Assembly: GCA_964016885.1 (NCBI GenBank)
Contig: OZ024761.1
Location: 25,978,001 to 26,042,000 of the forward strand
Direction of reading: 5' to 3'
From: Eledone cirrhosa
Lineage: Eukaryota
Length of the DNA: 64,000 bases
Part shown: piece by piece, positions 29,034-42,269 of the stretch
Position numbering within the stretch: the first letter of the stretch is position 1
How the letters are laid out: every line of letters begins with the position of its first letter
Program-made: the position numbers and the translations under genes
The notes under the pieces: model-generated
Database searches by the model: none
Seen by the model: the letters and a program-made list of their open reading frames with translations, nothing else
What the model was told of the DNA's origin: nothing

Positions 29034-29047
29034 CGTTCAGATATATG

Positions 29048-29171
29048 TGTCGAAACGGCTTGAGCTCTGCCGTCGGGGCTGAACCTTTTCCTATTACCCA
29101 CTCTACTACCCTAAGTAGTGAGTACTCTGGTACGTTATGGTCCATCTGGTTTCTTACCACAATTCCTTTGT

Positions 29172-29173
<2 letters not shown>
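29048..29173 (-). mobile_element. Family B element, single arm
   Basis: gtcgaaacggcttgagctctgccgtcgggg...cctattacccactctactacc...cttaccacaattcctttgtta. Confidence 0.8.
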
Positions 29174-29207
<34 letters not shown>

Positions 29208-29931
29208 TATATATATGTATATATATGTACATATATATATTGGGTGTATATGTACATACATATATATATGTGTATGCATACATGTATATAGATGTATGTA
29301 TTCATGCATACATGTATATAAGAGTATGTATACATATATACATGTATATATATATGTAATTATACATACATGTATATATGTGTATGTATACAGATATACA
29401 TGTATATATATATGTAATTATACATACATGTATATATGTGTATGTATACAAATATACATGTATATATATATATATGTATGTATGCATACATACATGTATA
29501 TATGTGTATGTATACATACATATATATATATACATGTGTATGTATACATACATATATATATATACATGTATGTATATTATACTCATGTATATATATACAT
29601 GTATGTATATTATACACATATATATAGATGTATGTATATTATACACATATATATACATGTACGTATATTATACACATATATATACATGTACGTATATTAT
29701 ACACATATATATACATGTACGTATATTATACACATGTCTGTGTACGTGTATGTATGTATACATACATACATGTATATATGTGTATCCATACATACACACA
29801 TGTATATATGTGTATGTATACATACACGTACACAGACATGTGTTTAATATATATATATAGAGAGAGAGAGATAGATAGATAGATATATACATACATATAC
29901 ATAGAAACGCACATACGTTTATATATATATG

Positions 29932-29966
<35 letters not shown>

Positions 29967-29974
29967 ATACATAT

Positions 29975-30069
<95 letters not shown>

Positions 30070-30377
30070 TACATACATACACACACAAATGGATAAATAA
30101 TTAAATACACAAATAAAACCTAACAGTCTTTCTTCTGTCTTCTATCAGTTCTGAAAATTTACTTCTATTTTGTCGTGCATCAAGTTGCGATGATTTTCCA
30201 CACGTGTTGTTGTATAATATATTGGTCTTGAATATTTCATTATATTAATTCAGTTAAAAGAACAGATAACTAACAGTGAAATTAATAAATTTTAATTAAA
30301 AATACTGTCTTTTTTTATATTATTTTTATGTATTGTGTGTGAATTGACGATAAATATGGCTAGAAACGTTGACGTAC

Positions 30378-31120
30378 GTGTGGTGTTGGTGGTAGTAGTG
30401 ATGTCTCCTGGTGTTGTTGCTTGTACTGGTAGTGGTGGTGGTGGTGTGTGGTTATGGTGGGTGGTGGTGGTGGGTGGTCGGTGGTGGGTGGTGGTAGTGT
30501 GGTGGTGGTAGTGTGGTGGTGGTAGTGTGTGTAGTGGTGGTGGTGGTGGTGTATGTGGTGTTAGAGTGGTGGTGTTAGAGTGGTGGTGTTAGTGTGGTGG
30601 TGGTAGTGTGGGTGGTAGTGTGGGTCGTAGTGTGGTGGTAGTGTGGGTGGTAGTGTGGCGGTGGTAGTTTATGTAGTGGCAGTGTGGTGGTGGTAGTGTG
30701 GGTGGTGTGGGTGGTAGTGTGTGTAGTGGTGGTGGTTTATGTGGTGTTAGTGTGGTACTGATAGTGCGGGTGGTAGTGTATGTGGGTGGTGGTGGTGGTG
30801 GTGGTGGTGGTTATTTATGTGATGGTAGTGGTAGTTGCTGTATTAGTGGTGCTGTGGGTGGTGGTGATGGTGGTGTCAGTGGTGGTGTATGAGGGTGGTG
30901 GTGGTGGTGGTGGGGCGGGTGGTGTTGATGATGGTGTATGTAGTGGTGGTGGTGGTTGCGGTGTTAGTGGTGGTGTATATGTGATAGTTGTAGTTGTTGT
31001 ATTAGTGGTGGTGTGGGTGATGGTGGTGTCATTGGTGGTGTTTGTGGGGTGGGTGGTGTTGATGATGGTGTATGTGGTGGTTGTGGTGTTAGTGGTGGTG
31101 TATGTGGTGGTAGTGTGGGT
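30378..31120. repeat. (GGT)n/(GTAGT)-rich low-complexity tract
   Basis: Direct reading. Confidence 0.9.
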
Positions 31121-31332
31121 GAGTTGGGGGCTGTTTTGTTTCACGTTTTGTTATATTTGTTTTAATAAATCTTGACTTTGATTTCATTTGTTCCTCGTTT
31201 GTGGTGCATCGACTTCCAAAGAGTGATGTAATGTACACACACACACACATACATGTATGTATACACATATACAATCTCATAGACACTGTCATGTGTGAAC
31301 ATATATAAATATATACAGTCACAAAGACACAC

Positions 31333-31378
<46 letters not shown>

Positions 31379-31390
31379 ACAAAGACACAC

Positions 31391-31437
<47 letters not shown>

Positions 31438-31758
31438 CACATACATACATACACACACACTCAATATTAGAATGACTGTTGACACCATTGTATTAATGTT
31501 TAGATTCAGGCGATTGAAAATTGAAAATTTTCCATAATGCTCTAATATTTCTTTTTGAAATTAAACTACTGTCTGTGATAATACCTGATTGATATGATAA
31601 ATAATTTATAGTCAGAATTGTTGCTTGTCTTCTTGTAGTTGTGTTTGTTGTCATTATTGTTGTTGTAGTTGTCGTTGTTGTCGTAGTCATGGCTGCTCTT
31701 TAGCAGAATGGTAGAATATGTGTGTAAGCACTAGCATTATTTTGTAAACATTTTTTAA

Positions 31759-31949
31759 ACGGTGGACTGGCAGTATCGGTATAAGGGTCGGACCCCATGC
31801 TTGCAGCAAAGAGTTACGGTCCTTTATGGTCTGAATTCAAATCCCGCCGAGGTTAACTTTGCCTTTAATCCTTTTGGGGTCGATAAAATAAAGTACCAGT
31901 AATGCACTGGGATAATTGCTGGCCTTGTGCCAAAAGTAGAAACAATTAT
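31759..31949 (+). mobile_element. tRNA-derived SINE, family A
   Basis: Full-length copy. Confidence 0.9.
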
Positions 31950-32262
31950 GTTGTAAGCATTCACTTGCTATCTAAATGGTTTTTAGTTTGATTCCACTGC
32001 GAGTTACCTCAAACGATTTATTTTAATCGTAGACTCAGACATAGCCCTGTGTTTCAGACGTTCCCTTTGAAATAGTTATCCCGGATTCAGTCCCATTACA
32101 TTGCACCTAAGAAAGGGAGTAATTTGCCAGAATTTCAGGCCAGCCAATGTCTTCTCAGAGAAGGTGGGTTGGCAAAAAATCCTATGAGACGAAACCTAAC
32201 CGATGAATGTGATTGTCATTCGAAAAACCCGCTCCGTTACAATGTACAAAGGCCGAATTAGT

Positions 32263-32491
32263 TTAACCCTTTAACATTTAAACCGGCCATAGCCGGCCAG
32301 AATTCTCTCACCTCTTTCTGTTTAAAATGGCTGTAACCAGCAACTTATACTGATGTTAAAGTATTGTTCTCAAAATAAATAACATCAAAATCTCATAGAT
32401 TTGAAATTATGTGAGATAATTATGTAAGATAAAGCCTCTACCACAAAAATACAATAGTAAATATAGAGTAATGTAAATGCCAAAGGGTTAA
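32263..32491. mobile_element. piggyBac-like MITE
   Basis: TTAA ccctttaacattta ... taaatgccaaaggg TTAA: 14-bp TIRs starting CCC (2 mismatches) flanked by TTAA. Confidence 0.7.
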
Positions 32492-32867
32492 GGGCTATTC
32501 CCATGTTGTTCCATTGATCTTACAGAGAACGAAAACGACGGAAGTCCAATCCATATCATTCCATTTCTCGCTGGTTTATTTATTAGTCAACCAAAAGCAT
32601 ATATATTCGTAATTCGTTCATAGTTTCGGAGAATAAGATTGAAGAAAGTTGTTTTGATAATCTGGAGAAAATCCAGAGTAATAAGACTAACGACGTAGCC
32701 ATGTTAATGCATATTCTAAAACAATACTTCGGTATTGAGTACTCATTGACACGGCTGTCAATAGCACACCTATATATAGATAGAGAGAGAAAGAGAGGAA
32801 AAGAGACGAAAAGAGGGAGTAAGAGATGAATAGATAGATAGATAGATACATAGGTAGAAAGATAGAG

Positions 32868-32909
<42 letters not shown>

Positions 32910-33357
32910 GCATGTAAGCAGATAGTTAGATAGATAAAAAAATGTGTATATATTAAAAGATATTGTACGACTACTTTTGAACGAATTTTCTGCCAACATT
33001 TCAACTTAATTTGTGAAATATTGGTGGGGACGACATTTACAAACTAAAACAATATCAAAAGTACTAACACAGACGATTCGTCTTACTACTTAAAAAGATG
33101 ACGTTGTGAAGACGAAACCATTCACTGGTTATTAAGTCAACCACCAGCATCGGAAGAACAACTACTAACTAGTGCGAATGGCAATAAGGAGGTTTGTAGT
33201 AAAGTGTGTATATATTATCTAGCATTTGACACATAAACATTGTTCAGAAAGTTATTTCATATATCTTACTGTAATAGCAGGAGACACTCTAGCATTTGTC
33301 ATTTTAAATGCTTGCCTCCGAAAAGAAAAATATATACACGCAGACACACATACTTAC

Positions 33358-33388
<31 letters not shown>

Positions 33389-33816
33389 TGTATGTATGTA
33401 TGTATGTATGTATGTATGTATGTATGTATGTATGTATGTATGTATGTATGTATGTATGTATGTATGTATGAATACATGCAAACAACCACACAAACATACA
33501 GACGTACGTATGTATGTATATCTATATATATATACATATATATATATACATAAATACATGCATGCAAACAAACACACATACACACATACATATATTTGTA
33601 TGTATGTGTGGATGTTTGTATGTAAGTATGTATGTGCATATACGTACATGTATACACACATGCTTACTTACATACAAACACAAATAAATATATATATATA
33701 TATAGACAGACACCTATATATATATATATATGGGGCCGTCAACAAGGAAAATAAACAAGGGAATGCAATAAAACACAATGATGTATTAATCTTACGTTAG
33801 CTATAAGAAAAGACAC

Positions 33817-33864
<48 letters not shown>

Positions 33865-33875
33865 ATTTATGTGTG

Positions 33876-33910
<35 letters not shown>

Positions 33911-34021
33911 GTTTATGTATGTATGTATGTATGTATGTATGTATGTATGTATGTATGTATGTATGTATGTACGTTTCCATCTGCATTGTCGAGGCTTCCA
34001 AACGACTTAAAGAAATTTACC

Positions 34022-34058
<37 letters not shown>

Positions 34059-34248
34059 AACACACGCATATATATATATATATATATATAAACGTATATA
34101 AAAATGTATACGTTTGGCCTCCTGTATATATATATATATATATACACACACACAAATACATATGTGTGTATTTACATATATAGACGTAAGTATGTATGTA
34201 TATATATGAGTATGTTGTATATATATATAGGCTTCCTGTCATTTCACT

Positions 34249-34318
<70 letters not shown>

Positions 34319-34574
34319 CATATATACACATATATATATATATATATATATTCAGAGAGAGATGTAGGAATATGGTATGTGTTAAAATGCGGTTATCATA
34401 CACCTGGAATCTGTCAACTCATGTATGATTAATGTTAGCAATATAGCAATATATATTTCTCCGTGGAAAATTCATGTATTTCGATTTGAAATGCAATAGA
34501 AACAAAGGAACGAAGACGCAATGACGATCGTCCAAATACTAACGAGCCTCCATTTTGACGTAATAGATTATACC

Positions 34575-34605
<31 letters not shown>

Positions 34606-34806
34606 CAATAAGCATGCAGGCAGTCAAAAGCCATTTATTACATGTAATTGTCGATACATATATATATATATATATATAATATATTAGAAAGTGAGGTATT
34701 TTTTTTACAAAATGAAAAATAACCGAGGTGTCCTACACGAGTGAAAGTATAAAGAAAAAAAAAGATGAAATAGAAAATGCAACTGGAGTCTTATTTTTAA
34801 AAATAT

Positions 34807-34942
34807 ATATATATATTTATTTGGTTCCTTTACCGGTTTCGCAGTTCTTCTGCTTTTCAAAAGTAGAGTTGAGATGGAGGATCTGTGGTTTTTCTCACAT
34901 CTGAGATGTGAGAAAAACCACAGAGGAACCAAATAAATATAT
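34807..34942. mobile_element. Nested inverted repeats with a decayed hammerhead, Penelope-like terminus
   Basis: Perfect hairpin ctgtggtttttctcacatct-g-agatgtgagaaaaaccacag, and outer arms tatttatttggttcct / aggaaccaaataaata. The minus strand reads TTGAAAA gcag aagaa ctgc GAAA ccgg TA. Confidence 0.55.
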
Positions 34943-35589
34943 ATAATATATATATATATATATATTTATGTATATAGATATGTATATAGATATGCATGTA
35001 TACATCGAGGCTATAATAGTGTTTTTATAATATCACTGCTAAGAGTGTCAATATCATTCACATCTTCAAAGAGATTGAGATTATATATGTATGTATATCA
35101 AAGTGTGTGTGTCTGTGTGTGTCTGTGTGTGTCTGTGTGTGTCTGTGTGTGTCTGTGTATAGAGTGAGAAAGAGAGAGAGTGAGAGACAGATAGATAGAT
35201 AGTTATATATATATATATAGAGAGAGAGAGTGCAAGCGAGAGGGAGATTTCCTAGAGAACCTTACTGCCTGAACACACGTGCTTTTTCTCGAAAGATTCT
35301 CCCTCCCATCTCTTTCTCATCTCCCTCCCTTCTATCATGGTATATCCTTTATTTCACATTCTATCTTCTGACGAATAATTTGCTCTTCCAGCACGTAAAA
35401 CACTTTTCCTGACAAATCAAGCGTGAAACTAATATTTATTTATTGTACTTTATTGTTTGCCTTTTGTTTTCCGTTTACCCCTCACATGCATATATGTATA
35501 TAAATAGGGCTACCTCCCTACTCACCACCACAGGCGCTGAGCTGACCAGCCGCAGGTGTTAGCCTCGTGAGTTGGAATGGCTCTTCAGG

Positions 35590-35760
35590 CGCATCTCCTG
35601 TACCATCCTCCGAGGAAAAGCCTTCTCCATTCTGTCCGCCGGTGCTGTGGGGAGGTCAGCACGTAGGACCCCATTTGCTCACCATACGGAGAGATGGGGA
35701 GGGCGAGAGGGATGGAGGCGATGACAGTGGGAGTTTGGCTGTTCTTTCATGTTCACTTAG
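35590..35760. repeat. Dispersed repeat family E
   Basis: Homologous to 16610-16800. Confidence 0.65.
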
Positions 35761-35927
35761 GTTACTATTTTATATTGTATACAGTCCATAGAAGAGTATG
35801 GCCATTGCAAGTGCTATAGAAACCTATAATGTTGATATCCAGAATAATTCCTCGTTAATATGTATGTATTTATATCACAACAAACTTATACCACAATGCA
35901 CCAATACCATAGCAATCGGCAATCGAT

Positions 35928-36141
35928 CGACTTTCCTCAAATCGGACCGAGGAATCAATGTTTCCATTGATCTTTCTAATTGCTAATACTCTCTCTCTAT
36001 CGGTCGCAATCCCAGGTAGATGGAGCAACGTTAAATACAGTGTCTTGCTCAAGGACATAACGCACTGCCCGATCCGGGAATCGAACTCACAAACTCACGA
36101 TTGCGAACCTAGTTCTTTAACCACTCAGCCACGCGCCTTCA
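35928..36141 (-). mobile_element. tRNA-derived SINE, family D
   Basis: Minus strand: gcgtggctgagtggtt (A box) ... ggttcgc ... gagttcgattcccgg (B box) ... gtccttgagcaagacac. Matches 52407-52621. Confidence 0.85.
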
Positions 36142-36144
36142 CCA

Positions 36145-36975
36145 TAGCAATACCATTACTAATACCACCTCAAATGCCACCACTGATGTCACAATGTACC
36201 ACCACCAATACCGACAACACCACCTCCACCAGCAATACCACCTTCAAAATCACCCCCACAACACATCAATGCCACCACCAATTTCTACAACCACCACCAC
36301 AACGACCACTACCACAACACACCAATACCACCTCCACCACCACAACAACACTCCGATACCACCATCAATACTACAACAACCACCACAACACATCAATACC
36401 ATCACCACTACCACCACCAATACTACAACCACAACACATCAATACCACCATCACTGCAACCAACACCACCAGCAATACTACAACCACCACTACCGCCACC
36501 AATACCACAACCAGCACCATAACACATCAATACCACAACCACCACTACCACCACCACAACACATCAATACCACCACCACCACCACAACACATCAATACCA
36601 CCACCACAATACATCAATACCACAACCAACACCACAACATATCAATACCACCACCACCACTACCACCACCACCACGACACATCAATACCACCACCAATAC
36701 CACAACACATCAATACCACAACCACCACTACCACCACCACAACACATCAATACCACCACCAAAACCACAACACATCAATACCACAACCACCACTACCACC
36801 ACCACAACACATCAATACCGCCACCAATACCACAACCAACACCACAACACATCAATACCACCACCACCACTACCACAATACATCAATACCACTACCACCA
36901 CCACAACACATCAATACCACCACCATTACCACCACCAATACTACCACCACTACCACCACCACCACCACTACCATC
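36145..36975. repeat. (CAC/CAA)-rich tract with a recurring caacacatcaatacc unit
   Basis: Direct reading. Confidence 0.9.
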
Positions 36976-37111
36976 CAGTAATACGTGTTATATCTATCAA
37001 ACCAGATTGTATTCCTAATCTAATGACAATTCACAGACAGAAATATGTGACTTATGATATAGGAGAGATAACGTATAAATCATATCTCTAATATACGTGA
37101 AGGGTTAGCAT

Positions 37112-37875
37112 GGTCATGGTGGTGATGGTGATGGTGGTGATGATGATAGTGATGGTGGTGGTGGTGGTGATGGCGGTGGTGATGGCGGTTGTGGTGATGG
37201 TGATAAGGTTGATGATGGTGATGATAGTAGTGGTGGTGATGATGCTGATGGTGATGGTGATAATGATGACAATGATGATAGCGTTGATGATAATCAGCCA
37301 AATGGAGAGCGTGAGCGAGAGAGAGAGATGGAGAGCGATAGAGAGCGATAGAGAGAGAGAGATGGAGAACGAAAGACCGAGAGAGAGAGATGGAGAACGA
37401 GAGACCGAGAGAGAGCGAGAGAGAGAGAGATGGAGAGCGAGAGACCGAGAGAGGGAGAGAGCGTAGAGCGAGAGAAAGCGAGAGAGCGTGAGAGAGAGTG
37501 CGAGAGAGCGAGAGAGAGCGAGAGAACGTGAGCGAGCGAGAGAGCGTGAGCGAGAGAGAACGAGAGAGCGTGAGAGCGAGAGAGCGTGAGAGAGCGTAGG
37601 AGCATGATAGAGCGAGAGAGCGTGAGCGCGCGAGCGAGAGAGAGAGAACGAGAGAACGAGAGAGCGAGCACGCGAGAGAGAGAGAGAGAGAGAGAGCGCG
37701 CGAGAGAGAGAGTGCGAGAGAGAGAGCACAGGAGAGCGAGCGTGAGAGAGAGAGCGCGTGAGAGAGAGCGAGAGAGAGAGAGAGAGAAAGAGAGCGAGAC
37801 AGAGAGAGCGCGACAAAGAGAGCGCGACAGAGAGAGCGCGACAGAGAGAGTGCGACGGAGACAGAGAGAGACAGA
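37112..37875. repeat. (GAT/GGT)n followed by (GA)n/(GAGC)-rich tract
   Basis: Direct reading. Confidence 0.9.
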
Positions 37876-38087
37876 GTTATTATATTATTCAGTTTCCTTT
37901 CGAGTAATTAATTAATTTAATTATATAACAAGAATCAGAACCCACTTACAGAATTGGTTGAATTATTTCATTTGTTAAACCCTGTGGTAGTTCCACTGTA
38001 GGATCCAAGTGTAACAATTTACGGAGTATTTGTAGAAATTTACAAAATTATTATCTAAAACATCACAATCCAAATCAGAGGGAATAT

Positions 38088-38575
38088 CATCATCATCATC
38101 ATCATCGTTTAACGTCCATCTTCCACGCTAGTATGAAACTGGCTGAGCACTGCATCCGTCATCCAGAAGAGACAGCATCTCAACTTGTGCTCTGGAAACC
38201 GGCGGTCGGACGAAAAAGCGTGGGAAGACAGGCCGTCGCATTCATTGATACCCTGCTGAGAGATGCCAACATTGATATAATCGATGAACTGAGAAATGTC
38301 ATGCTCGACTGGAACGATTAGAGAAAGCGTGCGCAAACTCTGCGAGTGTAAACTCGGCCGACGTACGACGTAGGTATGGGTTAGACGATTCTGTTCCATT
38401 CGATGCTGAATTGGTCAGGAGACCGTGTCTTGCTCATACGGAAGTGTCTTTGGCAGGTTTTCTGCGGCTGGATGCCCTTCATAACACCAACCATATTTAC
38501 AGTGTGGATTGGGGAGAGTTTTTACTGTGTCTCCTGCATGACCACTTTACAGTGTGGACTGGGTGCTTTTTGTTG
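38088..38575 (-). mobile_element. RTE-related SINE-like host element, interrupted by an insertion
   Basis: catcatcgtttaacgtccatcttccacgctagtatg | ggttagacg...cggctggatgcccttc. The minus strand has an RTE-type gaagggcatccagccg motif and a (GAT)n tail. Confidence 0.6.
38131..38378 (+). mobile_element. RTE/RTEX-clade LINE 3' fragment
   Basis: MKLAEHCIRHPEETASQLVLWKPAVGRKSVGRQAVAFIDTLLRD...LRNVMLDWND*R matches the RTE C terminus (LAGHC.R...LVLW.P..G.R..GRP...D...M.DR..W). Short gtacgac-type tail, with gtatg at both ends. Confidence 0.8.
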
Positions 38576-39126
38576 TGTCACTGACCAAGTGGACGGGAAT
38601 GGGAGAATGGGGTAGAGTGTGGAGGTGGGGTGTATATTCATTAATCAACGCTAAATAGTGAGTCTTGTTACTCAGGAGTTTCGCCTGTTTACCACATCGT
38701 ATTTTGGAAATCGAACTCGCATTTTCTAACCCCAGCCATAACTCTTTAACTACTGAGCCAAACATTTTCACACCTTGTTAATAGTAACTCTTTGAGATGT
38801 TTTATTTAATATTTACACAAAAGTTATTTGGCTGCAAGATAAGATATTACATTTATCAGAACTACGTAATCTACTTTGCTGGAATCGAACTCACGACCTT
38901 TTGTGTTATGAGACTAGCACTTTAAACACAATGTAAGGCATCTCTCCACGCCGTTAACAGTCATTTTTATTTACGTTTATCTTTCTCGCTCCTTCATTTT
39001 TTGGACGAAAACATCTATATTTCCTTCATTTCCAATCTTACTTATTGCACTTGTCATTTCGCCAGCTACTATCGTATATTTTTGTATTTGATATTTACTC
39101 TGAAGTTATTTAGATGCAAAATAACA

Positions 39127-39315
39127 TAATTGTTTCTGCGTTAGGCACAAGGCCAGCAACTACCCAGTGTATTACTGGTACTTTATTTTATCGACCCCGT
39201 AAGGATGAAAGGCAAAGTTAACCTCGGCGGGATTTGAACTCAGACTGTAAAGGGACGTAACTATGCTAGAAAGCATGGCGTCCAACCCTCTACCGATACT
39301 GCCAATTCACCACCC
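39127..39315 (-). mobile_element. Family A SINE with TSD
   Basis: Flanked by atgcaaaataacataat and atgcaaagtaacataat. Confidence 0.9.
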
Positions 39316-39791
39316 TATGCAAAGTAACATAATATATTTCGCTGGAATCAAATCACGACTGTTAGGTTTGTGAAAACAGCACCTTGACCACAAAGGTACA
39401 CACCTTTCCACCTCGTTGAATGTAACAATTGATTCAACTTTATTTAATATTTAGTCTAAAGTGATTTGGCTGCAAACTACACAACCTAATTGCTGAAACC
39501 GAACACATGGTCTTTAGGTGTGTGAAATGAACACCTTAACTACAACACCATGTACCTTTCCACCTCGCTAATAGTAACTGTTGATTCCTGTTTAGACTAA
39601 ATATTAAATAAAATAAAGATGTTTGGCTGCAAGAAAATATATTACATTCATTAAACTTACACAATCGACTTTGCTGGAACCGAACACATAGCCTTTAGGG
39701 GTGTGAAACCAACACATTAACCAAAAAGACAAGTCCCTTTCCAACTTGTTAATAGTAACTGTCTTTATTTATATTATTTAATATTTACTCT

Positions 39792-39980
39792 GGCGGTGGA
39801 TTGGCATTATCGGTGGAGGGTCGGACGCCATGCTTTCCAGCATAGCTACGTCCCTTTACGGTCTGAGTTCAAATCCCGCCGAGGTTGACTTTGCCTTTCA
39901 TCCTTACGGGGTCGATAAAATAAAGTACCAGTAATGCATTGGTTAATTGCTGGCCTTGTGCCAAAAGTAGAAACAATTAT
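39792..39980 (+). mobile_element. Family A SINE with a perfect 19-bp TSD
   Basis: attatttaatatttactct at 39773-39791 and 39976-39994. Confidence 0.95.
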
Positions 39981-40406
39981 TTAATATTTACTCTAAATTA
40001 TTTTGGCTGCAAGCTACGATAGTATAACCTGTATTAAAGGCCTCTCCTTTCTAGACACTTAATATTTCTATTTTCTTTGGTTAATAGTGTTTCGTGTTAT
40101 AGGAAATATTCTTAAGTGTCAATATGATTTGCTTGAAGAACAAAAGAATATATTTAGTTCCACCTTTTCAAGACACTTTTGCAAAATGAAATGAAAACGA
40201 AATTAATTAAATAAGTTCTATTTATTGAATTATATTAATTTAATGAGTTACAGCGTCTGGGTTTTATGTATGTATGTGTATGTGTGTGTATGTATACAGA
40301 GAGAGCCAACCTATATACCCGTATAAAACAAACAAAGCGTAACAAATACACACACGCGTACGTGTAAAGTCTCGTATGTTGGTGACACCTAAATGGGTAT
40401 ATATAT

Positions 40407-40438
<32 letters not shown>

Positions 40439-40873
40439 CATACATATAAATACATACACACATATATATAAATACATACACACATAAATATAAATACATA
40501 CACACATAAATATAAATACATACACACATAAATATAAATACATACACACATAAATATAAATACATACACACATATAAATAAATACATACACACATATATA
40601 TAAATACATACACACATATATATAAATACATACACACATATATATAAATACATACACACATATATATAAATACATACACACATATATATATAAATACATA
40701 CACACATATATATATAAATACATACACACATATATATAAATACACACACACATATATATAAATACATACACACATATATATAAATACACACACACATATA
40801 TATAAATACACACACACATATATATAAATACACACACACACACACATACATACATACATACATACATACATAC

Positions 40874-40915
<42 letters not shown>

Positions 40916-41385
40916 GTGAAAGAGAAAAATTAAGAGGGAGAGAAAGATGGAGAACGAAAGACAGACAGACAGAAATTTTATATCGTTCCAAAGAGATATC
41001 TTCCTTCCCCTGCTGTTTCATACAACATTTCACTTATTTCGTCTTTTTACAAAAGAATAGATTAATTATTTCACAATACAAATCACAGTGTGAAAGATCG
41101 AATCGGGTTAAAGATCCGCTTTGTAATCAAAGAAAAAAAAAAAACGTTATTCATTTTCTCGCATCCGCTGGTTTAGTCTTCAATACAAACCATTCATCGG
41201 AGCTTCGGGACTCAATGAATTGCCTATTCTACGTTGTTGATGATGCTGTTTTTGTTGTTGTTGTTGCTGTTCATTATCATGTTGATTGTTTTGTTTTAAT
41301 GTTGTTGTTGTTGTTGTTATGTTGCCTTTTTCTTTACTTTCTAGCACATGCAGACATGTTTCAATATCTATATATTTCATAAAAC

Positions 41386-41471
41386 AGTAGTAGTAGTAGT
41401 AGTAGTAGTAGCAATAGTAGTAGTAGTAGTAGTAGCAATAGTAGTAGTAGTAGTAGTAGTAGTAGCAGCAA

Positions 41472-41534
<63 letters not shown>
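41386..41534. repeat. (TAG)n trinucleotide repeat with CAA interruptions
   Basis: Direct reading. Confidence 0.95.
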
Positions 41535-41635
41535 CTTAAAGAATAAATATTTTCGTAGATGGACAATTAATGCATATATTCAAACTAATATTGTTTAGAG
41601 AATCGTATAATCGGTGGTGTTTGAGAAGAATGTGT

Positions 41636-41740
41636 GCACAGATAGCTGAGTGGTTACAATGCTTGGCTTATGAACGTACAGTCGTGAGTTCGATGTCCGT
41701 CGGTACGTTTTGCCTTTGAGCACAGCACTTTATTTTATAG
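41636..41740 (+). mobile_element. Diverged tRNA-SINE head (family D-like)
   Basis: tagctgagtggtt (A box) ... gagttcgatg (B box) ... ctttgagcacagcactttattt. Confidence 0.55.
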
Positions 41741-41914
41741 AGGAGGCGTTTTACAACATTTAAGGACTGAATGGTTAGACTGTCTCAGGAAATTCTCACT
41801 GGACAGATTTTACAGGCACAACCAACCAGCACCAGGCGAGCCAGGGATAGAGCCCATCTTGTTGTTGATGGTGTAAGACAGCACAAAGGAGAGATACACA
41901 AAATAAAACCCTAA

Positions 41915-41955
41915 TCACTGAGGAGGTCAGAGAATGTGTGACGAAAGAGCTTTGG
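41915..41955 (+). ncRNA. Candidate minimal hammerhead motif
   Basis: tca CTGAGGA g gtca gagaatgtg tgac GAAA gagc TT tgg. Stems are short and there is one extra G before stem II. Confidence 0.4.
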
Positions 41956-42002
41956 CAATATATAAAGAACCTTCCGGTCATCGAACAAACCGGAAATTTA
42001 TT

Positions 42003-42102
42003 CGAGGTTAACTTTGCCTTTCATCCTTACGGGATCGATAAAATGAAGTACCAGTAATGTACTGGTTAATTGCTGGACTTGTGCCAAAAGTAGAAACAAT
42101 TA
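42003..42102 (+). mobile_element. Family A SINE, 3' half
   Basis: cgaggttaactttgcctttcatccttacgg...gtagaaacaattat. Confidence 0.85.
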
Positions 42103-42215
42103 TAAATTGAAGTGGTGCATGTGGTTTTATTGGCATCATGATCCTAACAAATTACAACAATATCTCTTTCAACACACGTTTTCAGATAAGATATCTTGAA
42201 AACAAATTCAAAAAC

Positions 42216-42269
<54 letters not shown>

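Larger units (their letters stand above)
38700..40020. repeat. Old degenerate tandem array (about 150-185-bp unit) of a tRNA-SINE head plus flank
   Basis: gctggaa.cgaac.ca...ttccacctcg.taatagtaact...atatttac...ttggctgcaa recurs about five times (38705, 38878, 39341, 39492, 39673). Confidence 0.65.

Noticed and set aside
35958-37091. 377-aa Thr/Pro/His-rich ORF with a hydrophobic N terminus (mucin-like)
   Set aside because: The N terminus is the antisense of a family D SINE and the remainder is a CAC/CAA low-complexity tract open in several frames.
39043-39065. miR-92-like string tattgcacttgtc
   Set aside because: Only 13 nt match and no precursor hairpin is evident.
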